Assembly: GCA_951406725.2 (NCBI GenBank)
Contig: OX597823.1
Span: 56,048,001-56,112,000, forward strand
Length of the DNA stretch: 64,000 nt
Source of the DNA: Octopus vulgaris
Lineage: Eukaryota
Reading direction: 5' to 3'
A program made the translations under genes and the position numbers. This document shows, piece by piece, positions 40,440-54,884 of this stretch. The first letter of the stretch is position 1. Every line of letters starts with the position of its first letter. Below the pieces are notes generated by a model. It was not told where the DNA came from and did no database searches. It worked only from the letters and a program-made list of their open reading frames with translations.

Positions 40440-40674
40440 CCAAAAGAAATTTTAAAAAAAACCATTTTCCTCGCCTCTTTTCTTCCTTGAAGAGTTTTCT
40501 CCCTTAAATTCGTTATTATGAAACCTCAATTTTGTGTCAAGCCAACCTTAGTTTTATTTTCACCAGTCTTAATTACGTTGTTGTTGTCTATCATGATTTC
40601 GTCATCAAGAAGCGTTAATGTTTTTTTTTTCAAAATGAAATTTAATCCTCCATTGTTATTGCCCTTTTAACTAG

Positions 40675-40831
40675 ATTGATACGGCAAGATGGGTAAAACT
40701 GTGTAAGAATGAAATCTGTTCAGCACAAACATCACAACAAGAGGAACAAATGTGCAAATTATTTGAAAGTTATTCAGAAGATTGCAGAGAAGAAGGAGTT
40801 GTTATTCAATGGAGACGTAAAGACATATGCC
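40675..40831 (+). CDS. Exon 11, C8-1 end
   Basis: IDTARWVKLCKNEICS...MCKLFESYSEDCREEGVVIQWRRKDIC; phase 0-1. Confidence 0.92.
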
Positions 40832-40840
40832 GTAAGTAAA

Positions 40841-41142
40841 TCTTTATATATAAAAGTGAAGTTGTGTGAGTGTCTGTCTCCTACGATTTAGATTCCTAAC
40901 TACTCCCACATTTTCCGATGCAGTGTAACCAAAAGCGGGTATCTTATAGTCGTGATTCATATCGAGCCCTTCTGGGTATTAGCGCACGTCTACGATGAGT
41001 CTACGATTTAAAAAAAAATTACCATCATTTTTTCCCTTTTTTAATGCATTTTTTTGCTATTATATAAGGGAAGTAACTATCTAAAAATGCTTATATAGTT
41101 ATTTCCCTTACAAACCCGATTAACGCCGGGCGATACTGCTAG
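40841..41142 (+). mobile_element. Non-autonomous Helitron (302 bp)
   Basis: A|TCTTTATATATAAAAG 5' end, subterminal hairpin CCCG..N..CGGG (41115-41130), CTAG|T 3' end; AT insertion site without TSD. Confidence 0.8.
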
Positions 41143-41249
41143 TATTATATATATCAATTTTATACATTCCATATTACACATTCCCTGCAATCCGTCATTT
41201 GCTCCCTTTGTACGGGTATCTATCTATCTACCTATCTATCTATCTCTCC

Positions 41250-41364
<115 letters not shown>

Positions 41365-41860
41365 CTGCAGAGTAGATTTCCGATCTCAGCGCGCCAAAGT
41401 GAAGGCATTTGAAAGATACACATAAATATAATTTGTTGAACTCTATGCATGCGGGATTTCGGTTAAGCGTTCTGTATCTAGTTCTGGAAATTATGTTTGT
41501 AAGCGACAGACTATGCTGATGATCTTGCAGATGTTCGCGTATACATATACGTGAATATTAACAAGTGAAACTGATTAGTAAATAGGTAATCGTTTTTTAT
41601 TTCGTACATTTTAATTTGTCTTGCTTATTTTTTACACTTAGGTTTTTTTGCTGAGTTTTTTCTTGAGAACACATTCTTCGTGGAAAATAGCGATTTTGAC
41701 GTCTAATTCTAGCATATTGACTGTTCACTTTTAGTGGTCAGTCCTTTAAATTTTATATATATATATATATATATCTGACATTTATAGAAAAGCAAAAGAC
41801 GAAGACGTGTATGAACAACAAGAATGTGTATTAGTTTGATGTTCGGGAAAATGAAAAAGT

Positions 41861-41896
41861 CTTTTACGTTTCGAGGCTACGCTCTTCAACAGAAAG
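41861..41896 (-). ncRNA. Minimal hammerhead-like motif (CUGUUGA-A variant) in repeat 3' end (~41785-41960)
   Basis: Minus strand: CTTT-CTGTTGA-A-GAGC(GTAG)CCTC-GAAA-CG-TA-AAAG; same family as 3624-3661. Confidence 0.5.
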
Positions 41897-42232
41897 GAAA
41901 AAGAGAAAATAAACGCAGAGAATGAAAAAAACCTGTAGATTTAACGGTCAAGCATGGCGACTATGTGTGTTTGTGTGTGTGTGTGTGTGTGTAGTGTTGA
42001 CAGTCGGTAAAAAGAAGAGTACTCGATGCCATGGTAGAATTAAACAACACATTTTATTTCGGTTGTATCACTTTCATGCCACTCCGAGTTTCGCCCACAG
42101 GTGCACAGGATCTTCGGACAAATTAAGTGTTAGAATCTGACTGAAAGTCCTGTGTACTGACAGGTAAAAGTCAGAGCAGCATGACAGCAATATATATATA
42201 TATATATATATTATTGTGGTCGAGTCCGTTAC

Positions 42233-42281
<49 letters not shown>

Positions 42282-42287
42282 CACATA

Positions 42288-42322
<35 letters not shown>

Positions 42323-42537
42323 TAAAATACAAAATGGGACAAGAACGCAAAACATCCGGACATATATATATATATACATTCAACGGTCCAACATGGCGAG
42401 CTGACTGTATATAAATATGTAGATAAATACATATGCGCGCGCGCGCCTGTGTGTGTATTACTTGCTGCTTGGTACACCGTATTTCGAATTGCGATCATAA
42501 GTTCTGCAGAAAATGTGTAGCGATAACTTAAAAAGTG

Positions 42538-42592
<55 letters not shown>

Positions 42593-42954
42593 AATATACA
42601 AATTTTGAAAACAAATAAAGACAATGACTACGTTTAATAAAGATTATCAGTTTATCAATTAATTAACAATTCATATTTATCACTTAACATGCTCAAAAGC
42701 CCGCACTCCGAGGAGGCTTTTAAGATAGCTCTTACGGAGGGCTAATTGCATTGGCGGCCCAAAACTAAAGGGTGAAATGATAATAAAACATTTTTATCAG
42801 ACAGTACCATGTTTGGAGAATTTTGTATCTGTGACCTTTGGAGATCACTGAAAAGCAGCAGGATAAACAATATTCTTGATTTTAACATTTGGTGTGAGTT
42901 TAAAGGGATTGTAGCCATTTCCAAATCTGGAACAACTAGCATAGACCTCCCTAT

Positions 42955-43159
42955 GGGAATAAACAGATTTTCTCCCTTTCCTTGTCCAGTGAGGATTGTT
43001 GCTTTCATAAGATGTGGATGCATTTGCCTGACAATCCGTCTTGTTCCATTGCACAGCTATGTGGGATCCATATTTTTCAAAAGCATGACTGGAACTCCTT
43101 TCTTCAATGTCAGTTTGTGGGAAGACATTCTAGGAGGATCCAAAGAGTTAAGAAACTTA

Positions 43160-43160
<1 letters not shown>
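42955..43160 (-). mobile_element. Helitron PIF1-type helicase fragment
   Basis: LNSLDPPRMSSHKLTLKKGVPVMLLKNMDPT*LCNGTRRIVRQMHPHLMKATILTGQGKGENLFIP. Confidence 0.75.
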
Positions 43161-43235
<75 letters not shown>

Positions 43236-45036
43236 GGCTTTGTGTCTGTGTCTGTACCCCAGCATCGCTTGATAACTGGTGTTGGTGGGTTTTCGTTCAC
43301 GTAACTTAGCGGTACGGTAAAAGAGGTCAATAAAAAATACCAGGCATAAGAAAGAAAGAACTGGTGTCGATTAGATCGATTAAAATTCTTCAAGGTGGTG
43401 CCCCAACGTGGCTGCAGTCTTCATAACTAAAATAGATAAAAGAACCACTTTGCTTAGTAAAATATTAAGCTAGGGGAAGTAACTCTTGTTCATCTATCTC
43501 AGTAATAGTTATGGCTTTGAAACCTCTTGCGGTTGCTTTACCTGTTAGAAATAGCAACCCAAATACTTTTAAATCAGATCCTAATACTGAATGTTCAAGA
43601 ACAAAATGAAGGGCAGATACTAGGATCATCCTGATTCCAAAAAGTTATATGTCTATGTAGAGCAAATGTAGACTGAGATACAAGAGCCCCAGACAGACAG
43701 AATTTCGCTTTTATTAACATAGATGGTTAATATCTGGCACTTAGTAAAGCAGCAAGCTGGAAGAATCGTTACAGCGTCGGATAGAATGCATTGCTGTATT
43801 TGATTCGACTCTCTACGATCCGAGTTCAATCTCACCACTGTCAACTTTGCCTTTCATTCCTTCGCGGTCGATACATAATGTATCAATCCAAGTCACTCTA
43901 CTAACGAAATTGTTAGAGCGTCGTATAGGATGCTATGAGGCATCTATTCCAGTTCTGTTCAACCTCATATCACCAGAGAAGATAAAGAAAGGTAACTCTT
44001 CCGTAAAGAACCGTTAGTAATAAATAGTAGCAGCAATGTAAAATTAATAATGGAAAGGGAAGCACTCCGTCGGTTACGACGACGAGGGTTCCGGTTGATC
44101 CGAATCAACGGAACAGCCTGCTCGTGAAATTAACGTGTAAGTGGCTGAGCACTCCACAGACACGTGTACCCTTAACGTAGTTCTCGGGGATATTCAGCGT
44201 GACACAGAGAGTGACAAGGCCGGCCCTTTGAAATACAGGTATAACAGAAACAGGAAGTAAGAGTGAGAGTAAGTTGTGGTGAAAGAGTACAGCAGGGATC
44301 ATTACCATCCCCTGTCGGAGCCTCGTGGAGCTTTAGGTGTTTTCGCTCAATAAATGTAAAATTAATAATAATAAAAAAACAATGGCAGCATATTTTCTTT
44401 GATTCAATTAGTAGATTAGGTCCTGTCACCACTGATTAACAGTCAATAATCATTTATATTGTCCAATAATAATTCTTTTTACAACAGGCTCAAGGCCTGA
44501 AATTTGGTAGTCGACTACCTTAATCCTTGTGCTCAACTGGTATTTATTTTACTGACCCCGAAATGATGAAAGGCAAAGTCAATCTCGGTGGAGTTTGAAC
44601 TCAAAACATATAGACAGACGAAATGCCGCTATTCATTGTCTGGTGTGCTAACGACTCCGCCAGCTCGGAAAGGGAGATAAGTCGATTACAGCGATCCCGA
44701 TGTTCAACTAGTTCTTATGTTATCGACCCCGAAAGGATGAAAGACAAAGTTAGCTTAGGCAGAATTTGAACTCAGAATGTAAAGACGGACGAAATGCTAC
44801 TAAGAGTTTTGTCCGGCGTACTAACGATTCTGCTAGATCACCTTCTTGGCGCCTTAACATTGCCTACATTCGTTTCAATTAACTCTCAATACAAATTACA
44901 AAATATATATAATAAAATAATTTTGCATTTTTTAAAGATTTTGAGCGAAATATCTTCAGGGCAAAAAGTACATTATGGAATTTACATGTGAATCAGTTGC
45001 GGTATTCCAACAGATGTGTATGCGTATGTATATGTA

Positions 45037-45109
<73 letters not shown>

Positions 45110-45939
45110 ATACGTATATGTATGTGTGTATATTATTTGTATGTGTGTATGTATATTATGTGTGTGTGTGTGTATGTATATGTATGTGTGTATATGGATG
45201 TGTATGTGTGTGTGTATTTATGTGTGTTTGTGTTTGTCTATGTATGTGTACTGTATTTTTGGTATGAAAAAATATCATTTCAATGATAATAAATATGTAT
45301 CATATCAAATTATGAAACTTTTTGCAGGTAGTTGAAATATTTCAATTGAATGTAAGTTAGACTAGAGATTTAATGGTCTCCGCTACACTCTAAGGCTTTG
45401 ATACTTTGTTAAGATACTATTTTGTTCTTGAAATTATTACCATTTAAAATTTCTATAATTTGACGAATTTAGGGAGTGTGAAAGAATGGCAGATATTGAT
45501 CTCATGCTTATGAACGTACATATTGAACACTATCATAAAGTTATATATTCCAAGAAAAGTTTTAATTCAATGATTGAAAGGATCAAAATCCAAAGAGAAC
45601 TCCATATAAATTATGTAGATAATTGTAGAGTTATTTCAACAAATTAGCAAAGAAATTATGCTTTCACTAAATTCAGAGGCTCATCAGAGACTAATAATGT
45701 TTGAAAACTGAAGACTTGGCAACAGTTATTTCAGAACAGCCCCGAGTGACACAAACAAAGTGAAAGTAAATTTAGTTGAAGTATAGTTAGAATACACATC
45801 GTTGGCTCTCTGGGAACTACTACTTATAAGGAGAGAAAGAGAGTGTGCTGCCTAAGGGGAGAGAACCGCTTCTAGGTTTATTGCTTTTATCTGTGTTGAG
45901 AAATCAAATTAATAAATTCATTTATTTGCCTGATTTCAG

Positions 45940-46180
45940 CGAAAACATGCCCCGCGGGTTTCGTTTATACTGAATGTACCACATCTTGTGAACCAACATG
46001 TAGCCGGTTGTATTCATTTGTCCCTGCGGAATGTTATAAAAGTTGCAGTCCTGGGTGTCAATGTAAACCCGGAACAATTAGAGATGAAGACAAATGCGTT
46101 TTACCGAAAGACTGTTCCTGCGTTTTTAAGGATAAAAGGATGCCAGCTGGTTCAACTGTTCAAATGGACTGCAACAAATG
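45940..46180 (+). CDS. Exon 12, TIL1 plus E module
   Basis: KTCPAGFVYTECTTSCEPTCS...PGCQCKPG...CVLPKDCSCVFKDK...MDCNK; phase 1-2. Confidence 0.95.
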
Positions 46181-46689
46181 GTAAGTAGTTATAAAACTTG
46201 CTTCATAAGACATCTACTAAATATTTCTCACTCTCTTTTTCATGCGTCAAGAAACCCTAGCTATCTTCCCCTAACCATACTTGTAAATAATCATGATACT
46301 CGGTGTTTATTCACCGACATTCTGCAACATGTAATCACTGATATTAATATTTTAAAAAATCACTGAACCTTAGTTTTGTTTCCGTCAGTCTCAATTAAGT
46401 TGACGTCAATCACGACATTTAAATTGACGATGACGAAATTAAAGTTAATCGAGTCTGACAGAAACAAAACTAAGCTTGACGATGACGGGAGTGAGATTGA
46501 CGTTGATGAGGTTGAATTTAAAGCCGAATTTAAGAGGAAAACCCACATACTATTAACGATGGTGGGCAGGCAGAATTGTTAGACCGTCAAACAAAACGCT
46601 TTATCATATTTCTTAAACACTGGGATCGATGTATTCGACTACTCCCCTCCACAAAAATTTCAAGCCTTGAGCCTTTAGCAGGAAGGACG

Positions 46690-46764
<75 letters not shown>

Positions 46765-46808
46765 ACTACTACTACTACTACTATTATTATTATTATTATT
46801 ATTATTAT

Positions 46809-46849
<41 letters not shown>

Positions 46850-47623
46850 TTGAGTGAGTGAGAGAGCAGTGCATGTCATCAAAGTGACACTGGAGTAAAA
46901 TATACGGAGCCCAGTATACCCATCATGACTACCCGACATAGTGATCTCATATGAAGATAAATAAACACATAACCTTACAGGTTGGGGCCCAATTAAAACT
47001 TTCTTCAGGTCGAGTAGTCCATCCCGCTCAAAAGGTCCCTGAATAAGGGTTGTTTAAGGTTGTTGAACGAAACACCCATGTTTCCATAGATGAATTATTC
47101 AAATTCCAAAGAATTCTCCACAACACATGGCTATGATGCTCTCCCACGATTTCTGCTCATGATCAGAGTGCATACATCATCAGCCACTAAGGAACAAGCT
47201 CAAATGGTTAAGGTCAAATAACTGACAAGCAAATCCGTGGAAAGCAAACAAAAAGGCTCTATGAGTCTATATATCTCACGAAGGATCTTTATCCTTTAGA
47301 TACAGTCGTGACCGTGTGATAAACGTACCTCTCAACCACATGGCTCAGAGTTCCACCCCTCTGCATGGCACCGTGGGCAAGTGAGCAGTCTTCGCTGAAG
47401 AGATCTACGGAATAGACGAAACTAGATGACTAACTTGAGGATTATTTTCGAGTCGGTTTGGGGTGGTTGTCTCCCTTGTCAGCATATATCTGCGCTCTTC
47501 CTACAGCATCGAGAGGGTTTTAACTTTATTTCTAGTAATATAGATGCATCGGCACCCTAACTCACACTTAGGGACGATTGAATTTTCTCTTTATGGAAGC
47601 ACATTATCTGTTTATATTAATTT

Positions 47624-47662
<39 letters not shown>

Positions 47663-47735
47663 ATGCTTGTATGTATAAATATGTATAAATGTACACTAAT
47701 TATATACATATACATACATATATACATATATATAT

Positions 47736-47794
<59 letters not shown>

Positions 47795-48014
47795 TTAAAA
47801 TAACTAAGTCTCTCTAAAAGAGAACAGCGGCAGCGTTCCCGGAAAATAATAGTTATCGCCATACTAATATGGCATTCTTATAAAAATAAGAAAAAAGCTG
47901 TCCGCTTATTAGCTCCATAAGGCCATCGCCTTAAGTTAGCTATTTGATACACAAACTGTATCCATATAACCTTCGAACAAGGGAGGTCAGTCGCTCCACA
48001 CTACTTGACCGGCA

Positions 48015-48054
48015 GCTACAGACGCGTTTCGGGGTATTGCCCCTTTTCAATGCA
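48015..48054 (-). ncRNA. Hammerhead motif, U3-A8 core variant
   Basis: Minus strand: TGCA-TTGAAAA-GGGG(CAATA)CCCC-GAAA-CGCG-TC-TGTAGC. Confidence 0.7.
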
Positions 48055-48265
48055 TTGAAAAGCTTTTTTCTTATTTTTATAAGAATGCCATATTAGTATG
48101 GCGATAACTATTATTTTCCGGGAACGCTGCCGCTGTTCTCTTTTAGAGAGACTTAGTTATTTTAATATTTCTATTATTGAAAACAAGTGGATGTATTCCA
48201 CCGAAACTAGGTAAATAAAACCATCGAACAGAGATTGTCGGAAGCGACACCTACTGGCTAGCTAC

Positions 48266-48307
48266 GCTGCATTGAAAAGGGGCAATACCCCGAAACGCTT
48301 CTGTAGC
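48266..48307 (+). ncRNA. Hammerhead motif, U3-A8 core variant, stem III mismatch
   Basis: GCTGCA-TTGAAAA-GGGG(CAATA)CCCC-GAAA-CGCT-TC-TGTAGC. Confidence 0.65.
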
Positions 48308-48472
48308 TGCCGGTCAAGTAGTGTGGAGCGACTGACCTCCCTTGTTCGAAGGTTATATGGATACAGTTTGTGTATCAAATAGCTAACTTAAGGCGATGGC
48401 CTCATGGAGCTACTAAGCGGACAGCTTTTTTCTTATTTTTATAAGAATGCCATATTAGTATGGCGATAACTA

Positions 48473-48609
<137 letters not shown>

Positions 48610-48927
48610 ATCCAAACAAGAAAACAGAAACAGAAAAAAACACAGCAACGCAGGACGTGGAACAATTAAAGTATTATTGACGCTCAGGAAAGAAGGGAAA
48701 TATATATATATATATATATATGCTTTTGTTTGCGCCATATTGCTGAACGCTTATGAGAAATAAGTCGCAATCTGCTGTTTAAACTTTTTCTCTCACCACA
48801 CCATTCTGGGAGAAATAAATATTGTAATTGATTTAAAATAAAATAATAATAAATATATAGTAAGAAAGTTAGAGGACGTTAAATAGAGCAATACATTTTA
48901 TCTCTCGGTGGCAGCAGCGGTAGCATC

Positions 48928-48985
<58 letters not shown>

Positions 48986-49853
48986 ATGTTTTTGCTGTTG
49001 CTGACGTATTGCCTCACGTCATCCCCTTGGCTACCCACTCTTTCTTTTAGTCATTGCTTTATAAGGAAACATTTAGAACACATCAATCTTTACAAGACGG
49101 GAGGATGCAATCTGATGGATACTCGGTTGTTCTCCTAGCAGCTTAATCGCATATTGAGGTTTGTTCAATAAACCCGAAACCGCGAGTTGATTTCGAATCA
49201 AGATTAATTACAACCATTTCATTTCCAGCCGTTTATAGTTCCGAATTTAGGCAATAATTACGCTGTTTAAAACGATTTTTTTTTGTTTTTGAGTAGCAAC
49301 TGTTTTTTCTTATTTGTTAATATTTCCTTCAAATTTTGCTTTTGTTATATTTATTCAAACCTCAAACAATCCCTCTCAACACATGGCTATGATGCCCCCA
49401 CCCCTACTCTTGCTCATGATCAGAGATGCACATATCGTCAGCCACTAAGAGACAGGCTCAAGTGGTTATGGCCAAGCAACTGACAAGCAAATCTGTATTG
49501 AGCAGAATATTTGCTACAACGATATTTCTGCTTCAGTAACTCAGCTCTGAATCCGTCTGAAATGCAATGAAAACAGGTCAATTTCAGAACATTGATGTCC
49601 AGGTCACAAAAGCAAAGTGTGAAGGGAATAGTAGTCATTTCTAGATAAAAGCAAATAGGAAATAATAATTACTAACCAAAGACATAAAAGAATTAAAATT
49701 TTGTTACACAGTGTTAAAAAAAAACCTTTCGCTTCCCCCCTCTCTGTGACTGTATAACACCAACCATGAGCTATCAATCAACTCGTGAGACCTCCTGTAT
49801 TTAAATTAAATATCAACTTACATTGATTTTGTTTATTTTCTTTATGTTCTTAG

Positions 49854-49995
49854 TGTCTGTAAGTATGGCAGGTGGGAATGCACTGAACAGAAATGTCCTT
49901 CAAAATGTACCCTTTCGGACAGAGCTTTGTACAAAACATTTGATGGAACTGAATTTAGAATCGAGCCAGCTGCTTGTAAATATACTTTGATTGAG
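49854..49995 (+). CDS. Exon 13, E module end and VWD2 start
   Basis: VCKYGRWECTEQKCPSKCTLSDRALYKTFDGTEFRIEPAACKYTLIE; phase 2-0. Confidence 0.93.
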
Positions 49996-51904
49996 GTGAG
50001 TATATACCTTTTGAGAGGTTTGAGAGTAATATTGGTTTGGTCAAGAGGAAGTCGTTTCGTCCATGGTCTTTGAAGATCCTGCAAGATCAGTTTGATCAAT
50101 ACGGTTTATGTTCTTCTTGAACATCTGCTAACTGACAGTTATAGCAAAAACAGGGAGAGGGGAGGAATTCCATAAGTCTGACGTTTTGAACAGGGAGAGC
50201 TGGGTGGAGTGATTAATGCGAGGCCTGCAAGTGGACAAAATACGAGTAACTTGAAGAGAAATTAATGAATCGAATGATCATGAGAGGAGGTGAAATAAGG
50301 TGAGCCATCTCCAAGTGGCCACTGTAGTACCAGTGAAATGTCAGTATGCCTGGGAGATCAGCTTTGAAGTACATTCATGATTATTTTCCTGCAAATCAGC
50401 CGTGTAACTGTTCGTGCTACTGCGTCTTAAGTTGTCTTTCCGTATAGTTGCACCATCCATCTCAGTTCTTAAATTTGTGTTTTCTTCATCTGGAATAATG
50501 TCTTATGGCATCTAGTACATATACTAAACTAGATGGTACTGTGAGATCTGGAGATACCTTCAGCCACTTTCGCAATCTCCTGAATTCTCATACACGCTCA
50601 GTTGTCCTGACTTTATCATGCCATTGTGTATATTGTGTGAGAAAAGGATCGTGCATCTGATGTGTGTATGTGTGGCTCTTTCTTACTTAGAAAGTACCTT
50701 TCGTAAGTCTACCCAGCAGGAATGCGTATTGGCAGATTCTCGTTGTTGTGTCTGGGGAGAGTCATTTTCTTTTTGTGCTTTATAATGTAACACACTCACT
50801 GGTAAAATTTCCACTTTTTTCTTATTTTTATTTTCCTAAAATTTTCCTTGCGTCTTGCAGCCTTTTCAATAGTTTTGTCTTATTGTGTTGGCTGAGTTAT
50901 TCTGTAAATCAGCGACAATGAATTGTTGCCACTTTCGTAGTTTCTGGCACAGTGAAGGTGTAGCATATTCGGTAACATTCCTGGTTTTCCGCACCCTCTA
51001 TGAACTCCTCCTTAATTCTGATGCTGTGTAGTCAGTCATGGTCTTCTATGGTTGCTGATTCCTGAAAATTCTTAGAGTCACAGACACTGGACCTTACATT
51101 GCGATAGAAGGTATATTACACATTTACGAAAACGAAACACCACCGCATCAGTAAGTTGAAGCTCACGAGGAGTGTGCTATAGATGAGATTAGTTTTGAAT
51201 ATATGGCAACCTGCGTGGATGTGCCGTATGGGTGAATCAATTTGTGTCCACTGATCGCAAATGAACAAACATAGCTATAGACATGTCCTCTGTCTTTTTA
51301 CTAATTTTTCTTATTTTTCCTCTTCTTTTACTTACTTATTTTTTGGATGTTGCTATGTCAGTTCCAAATTCAACAAACGATTCTCCGATCACTATTTCAA
51401 TAAGAACGGTGAATTCCATGCTTCGCTAAAAAGATCGTAATACGACTGAAACATGCCAATAGTTATCGCGTTTTTACTGAAACCAAATGGTATTACCATT
51501 GACTGATGTTTTTTTATTACATTAACTTTGTAATACTCCGTGAACTGAATATGTTAACACAACTATTGTTTTTCACATGGGTGGCATCTCCTTGTTATGC
51601 ATTTAAACCTTTCACTGCGAAATTATTCACGCTTATTCTAGTAATGATGTAAACGACCCACCTAGTAATATAATTGATATTTTCTGTTGCCTCAATAAAC
51701 TTGACTTATGTCAACAGCAAAAGAAGTTTCAAACATGACAACCCTCAACAAAAGATTTATTGGTATATAAAACAGCTTTCCGCAGTCAATATTAAGGAAG
51801 ATTTGAGTGGATATATTTGATTACCGTAGTTTAAAAAAAAGTTAACTATTAAAAGAAAAAAAAATATGTCTTTTTTTATTTTTTATTTAATTATTTATTT
51901 ACAG

Positions 51905-52222
51905 CCTCAACCGAATATAGTAGATGAGCGAACACGGATAAAGATAGAAGCTGTATACGAAAGTTGCGGCGGAAGAATGGTCGCTGGTAAAAATTGTCTG
52001 AAAGGATTCACTATTCAGTCAGCAAAATTGTCCGTTGAGATTTTTGATGTCACTGCTGTTGTCAATACTGAAGTCGTCAAATCATTTCCTTTTATTGGTG
52101 CTGACATTTACATCAAGCAAGTGTCATCTGAATTCTTTTTCATCCATATGAAATATTTAGATATACTATATAAACCGAAAACTCAAATTACCATCACTAT
52201 TGATCCAGTCTTTGCCTCAAAG
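51905..52222 (+). CDS. Exon 14, VWD2
   Basis: PQPNIVDER...ESCGGRMVAGKNCLKG...ITITIDPVFASK; ACAG/GTAGGT sites; phase 0-0. Confidence 0.9.
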
Positions 52223-52592
52223 GTAGGTATATTTTTGTGTCAAGCGAAATATTCTACTTACGCAAACTCATTCATAAACACACGCACACACACACACACG
52301 CACACACACACACATACACACACACACACATACACACACACTTATCTTGATGACTTCTACGTATTCCCAATTGGGTTGAATATGTTTCGTTAAAGAGGTC
52401 TAATAAGGTTGAAATATGCCTGGTGTTTTCCCCTCTTACATTCCTGTCTACATTGCCTATATTTTCTAAAAATTGAAGTTGGCTCATATTAATAGAGTTA
52501 CTTTCTTTACTTTCTTGTATAACTTAAGTACCTCTAGATTTTTTTCTCTAATTGCATGAACAACTTAATTAATTTAAGTTTTTCAACTGACT

Positions 52593-52830
52593 ATAATAAT
52601 TCCTCGCCATATCGCGGTTCACCTATCGCGGTTCACCTATCGCGGTTTATTATTTAAGTTTATATCGATTCTTCTGTGGTGTTGTTTTTTATTTATAATA
52701 AAATGAATATATACAAATCATATATTTAACATTAAAAATTATACAATACAGTAGTGTTTCTACTTCGCGGATTTTCACCTATCGCGTGGGGTTTTGGAAC
52801 GTAACACCTGCGATAGTCAAGAGATTACTG
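52593..52830. mobile_element. pogo/Tigger-like MITE
   Basis: Ends resemble CAGTAATCCCTCG..TATCGCG with TA flank; related longer copy in opposite orientation at 53449-53950. Confidence 0.65.
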
Positions 52831-53388
52831 TATAGTAGATGTCAGAATCTGCCGTATGTATATTGTGTATATGTGTGTACATACATACATACATACATAC
52901 ATACATACATACATACATACAGGCATACATACATGCATACATACATACATACAGGCATACATACATGCATGCATACATACATACACCGGGCGTACAGCTT
53001 AGCGGCATTTCAACAGTCCTTACGTTCTGAGTTCAAATTCTGCCGGGTTCGACTTTGCCTTTCATCCTTTCGGGGTTATTAAATTAAGTAACATTCAATC
53101 TAATCGACTGCCCCCCCACCTCCTACAAAATTTCAGGCCTTCTGCTTATAGTAGAAACGATTATTATTCACTAAGGCGCAAGCTGGCAGGATCGTTAGCT
53201 AACTGGGTGAAATATTTAGAGGCATTTCGCCCGTCTCTGTGTTGTGTGTTCAAATTCTGCCAAGGTCGACTTTACCTTTCATCCTTTCAGGGTCGATAAA
53301 TTAAGAACCAGTAAAATACCACGGTCAATGTAATTGACTATGCCCCTCCTCCAAAATTTCAGGCCTATGACTATAGTAGAAAAGATTA

Positions 53389-53448
<60 letters not shown>

Positions 53449-53451
<3 letters not shown>

Positions 53452-53950
53452 ATCCCTCGACTATCATGGGTGTTATGTTCCAAAACGCCCCGCGAGGGGT
53501 GAAAATCCGCGAAGTAGAAACACTATTGTACTGTATATTTTCTTTCATTATTTTTATTATTTGTATATTTGTATATATTTATTTTATCATAAGTGCAAAA
53601 CGACACCACACAATCGCCTCCCGACCTTCGTTTTCGATATAGTGTGTGCGATTCTTTGTTTACTAATCAATAGTACACTGCGAATTTTATTTAAATATAT
53701 TTTGATTAATTTCTTATACTGTCCAGTATTGCACTATATTTTTATTTATTCATTTATTAATTTTTAAGCGTGAAAATGCTTATTTTATCACAGAAATAAT
53801 TAAAATCTAAAAAAAATATAAATACCTATCGGCCGTAGAAACCGGGATTCACCGAGTAGTCCGCGATATAAATTTACATATATTAGTAAGAAAAATACGC
53901 GATGTACTAAGTCGCGATAGGTGAACCACGATGTGGCTAGTGATTACTGT
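53449..53950. mobile_element. pogo/Tigger-like MITE, second copy
   Basis: TAATCCCTCGACTATC...AAAATCCGCGAAGTAGAAACACTA...CGCGATAGGTGAACC...GATTACTGTA. Confidence 0.65.
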
Positions 53951-53963
53951 ATTATTATTATTA

Positions 53964-54021
<58 letters not shown>

Positions 54022-54048
54022 GTTCTTTTTTGGTTATTCTTTGTCCAG

Positions 54049-54213
54049 ATTCGAGGAATGTGTGGTACATTCAACTACATAACAGACGATGATTTCACCT
54101 TAAGAAATAATATCGTAGACTCAGAGGAGAACTTCGTACTCGAGTATCAAGACTCAACTTGCTCTCTCGTTTATACACCGAAGATTAGTGACCCTTGTAG
54201 TTTGTACAGCTAT
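54049..54213 (+). CDS. Exon 15, VWD2 end
   Basis: IRGMCGTFNYITDDDFTLRNN...DPCSLYSY; phase 0-0. Confidence 0.92.
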
Positions 54214-54408
54214 GTAAGTATCCTTCGCCTCCTCCTTATTATCATTATTATTATTCTTATTCTCCTCCTCCTTCTTCTCAGTGTTCTCTCCATCATCGTT
54301 TTAACGCTCGCTTTCCCGTGCTTGCATGTGGCAAATGGAATTCGTTGTGGCAAATATTGGAACTCGTTGAGGCAGATATTATACAAACGCCATGACACAA
54401 CAAAATTT

Positions 54409-54471
<63 letters not shown>

Positions 54472-54533
54472 TAAAAACGGTAAGATAACAAAAGAAAGAG
54501 AGAGACCTCAATATTATGTAAATAGAGGAAATT

Positions 54534-54718
54534 TATCTGTAAATTAATATGTTACCCTTATTCAATAGCCAAGATAAAACTCTGAGTTTCGGATGCCGAA
54601 GTGGAAATTCACAACACCATACTTCGAAGAGATGGTGTTGTAGATTTCCACTTCGGCATCCGAAACTCAGAGTTTTATCTTAGCTATTGAATAATGGTAA
54701 CATATTAATTTACAGATA
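54534..54718. repeat. Fold-back element (~87 bp arms) with one-sided tail (54468-54533), between (TA)n tracts
   Basis: Arms are reverse complements; each holds GAAA-CTCAGAG-TT, the 3' half of a hammerhead-like motif. Confidence 0.85.
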
Positions 54719-54719
54719 T

Positions 54720-54797
<78 letters not shown>

Positions 54798-54815
54798 GAA
54801 GATGGAATGTGTAAT

Positions 54816-54884
54816 AGACTTTATTGGATACAACACATGTTTCGACCCGTTCTGGCTCTCTTCGGGTACATCAATAAAAAGTCT
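54816..54884 (-). ncRNA. Hammerhead-like motif (U4C)
   Basis: Minus strand: long stem I AGACTTT..ATTG.TGTAC / GTAT.CAATAAAGTCT, CCGAAGA, GAGCC/GGGTC, GAAA-CATGTG-TT. Confidence 0.55.

Noticed and set aside
45655-45695. Minus-strand CTGATGA...GAAA
   Set aside because: No stem II, no palindromic stem III, no stem I; chance match.
50090-51270. Possible old retroelement coding remnant
   Set aside because: Composition suggests a TE, but I found no diagnostic motif.
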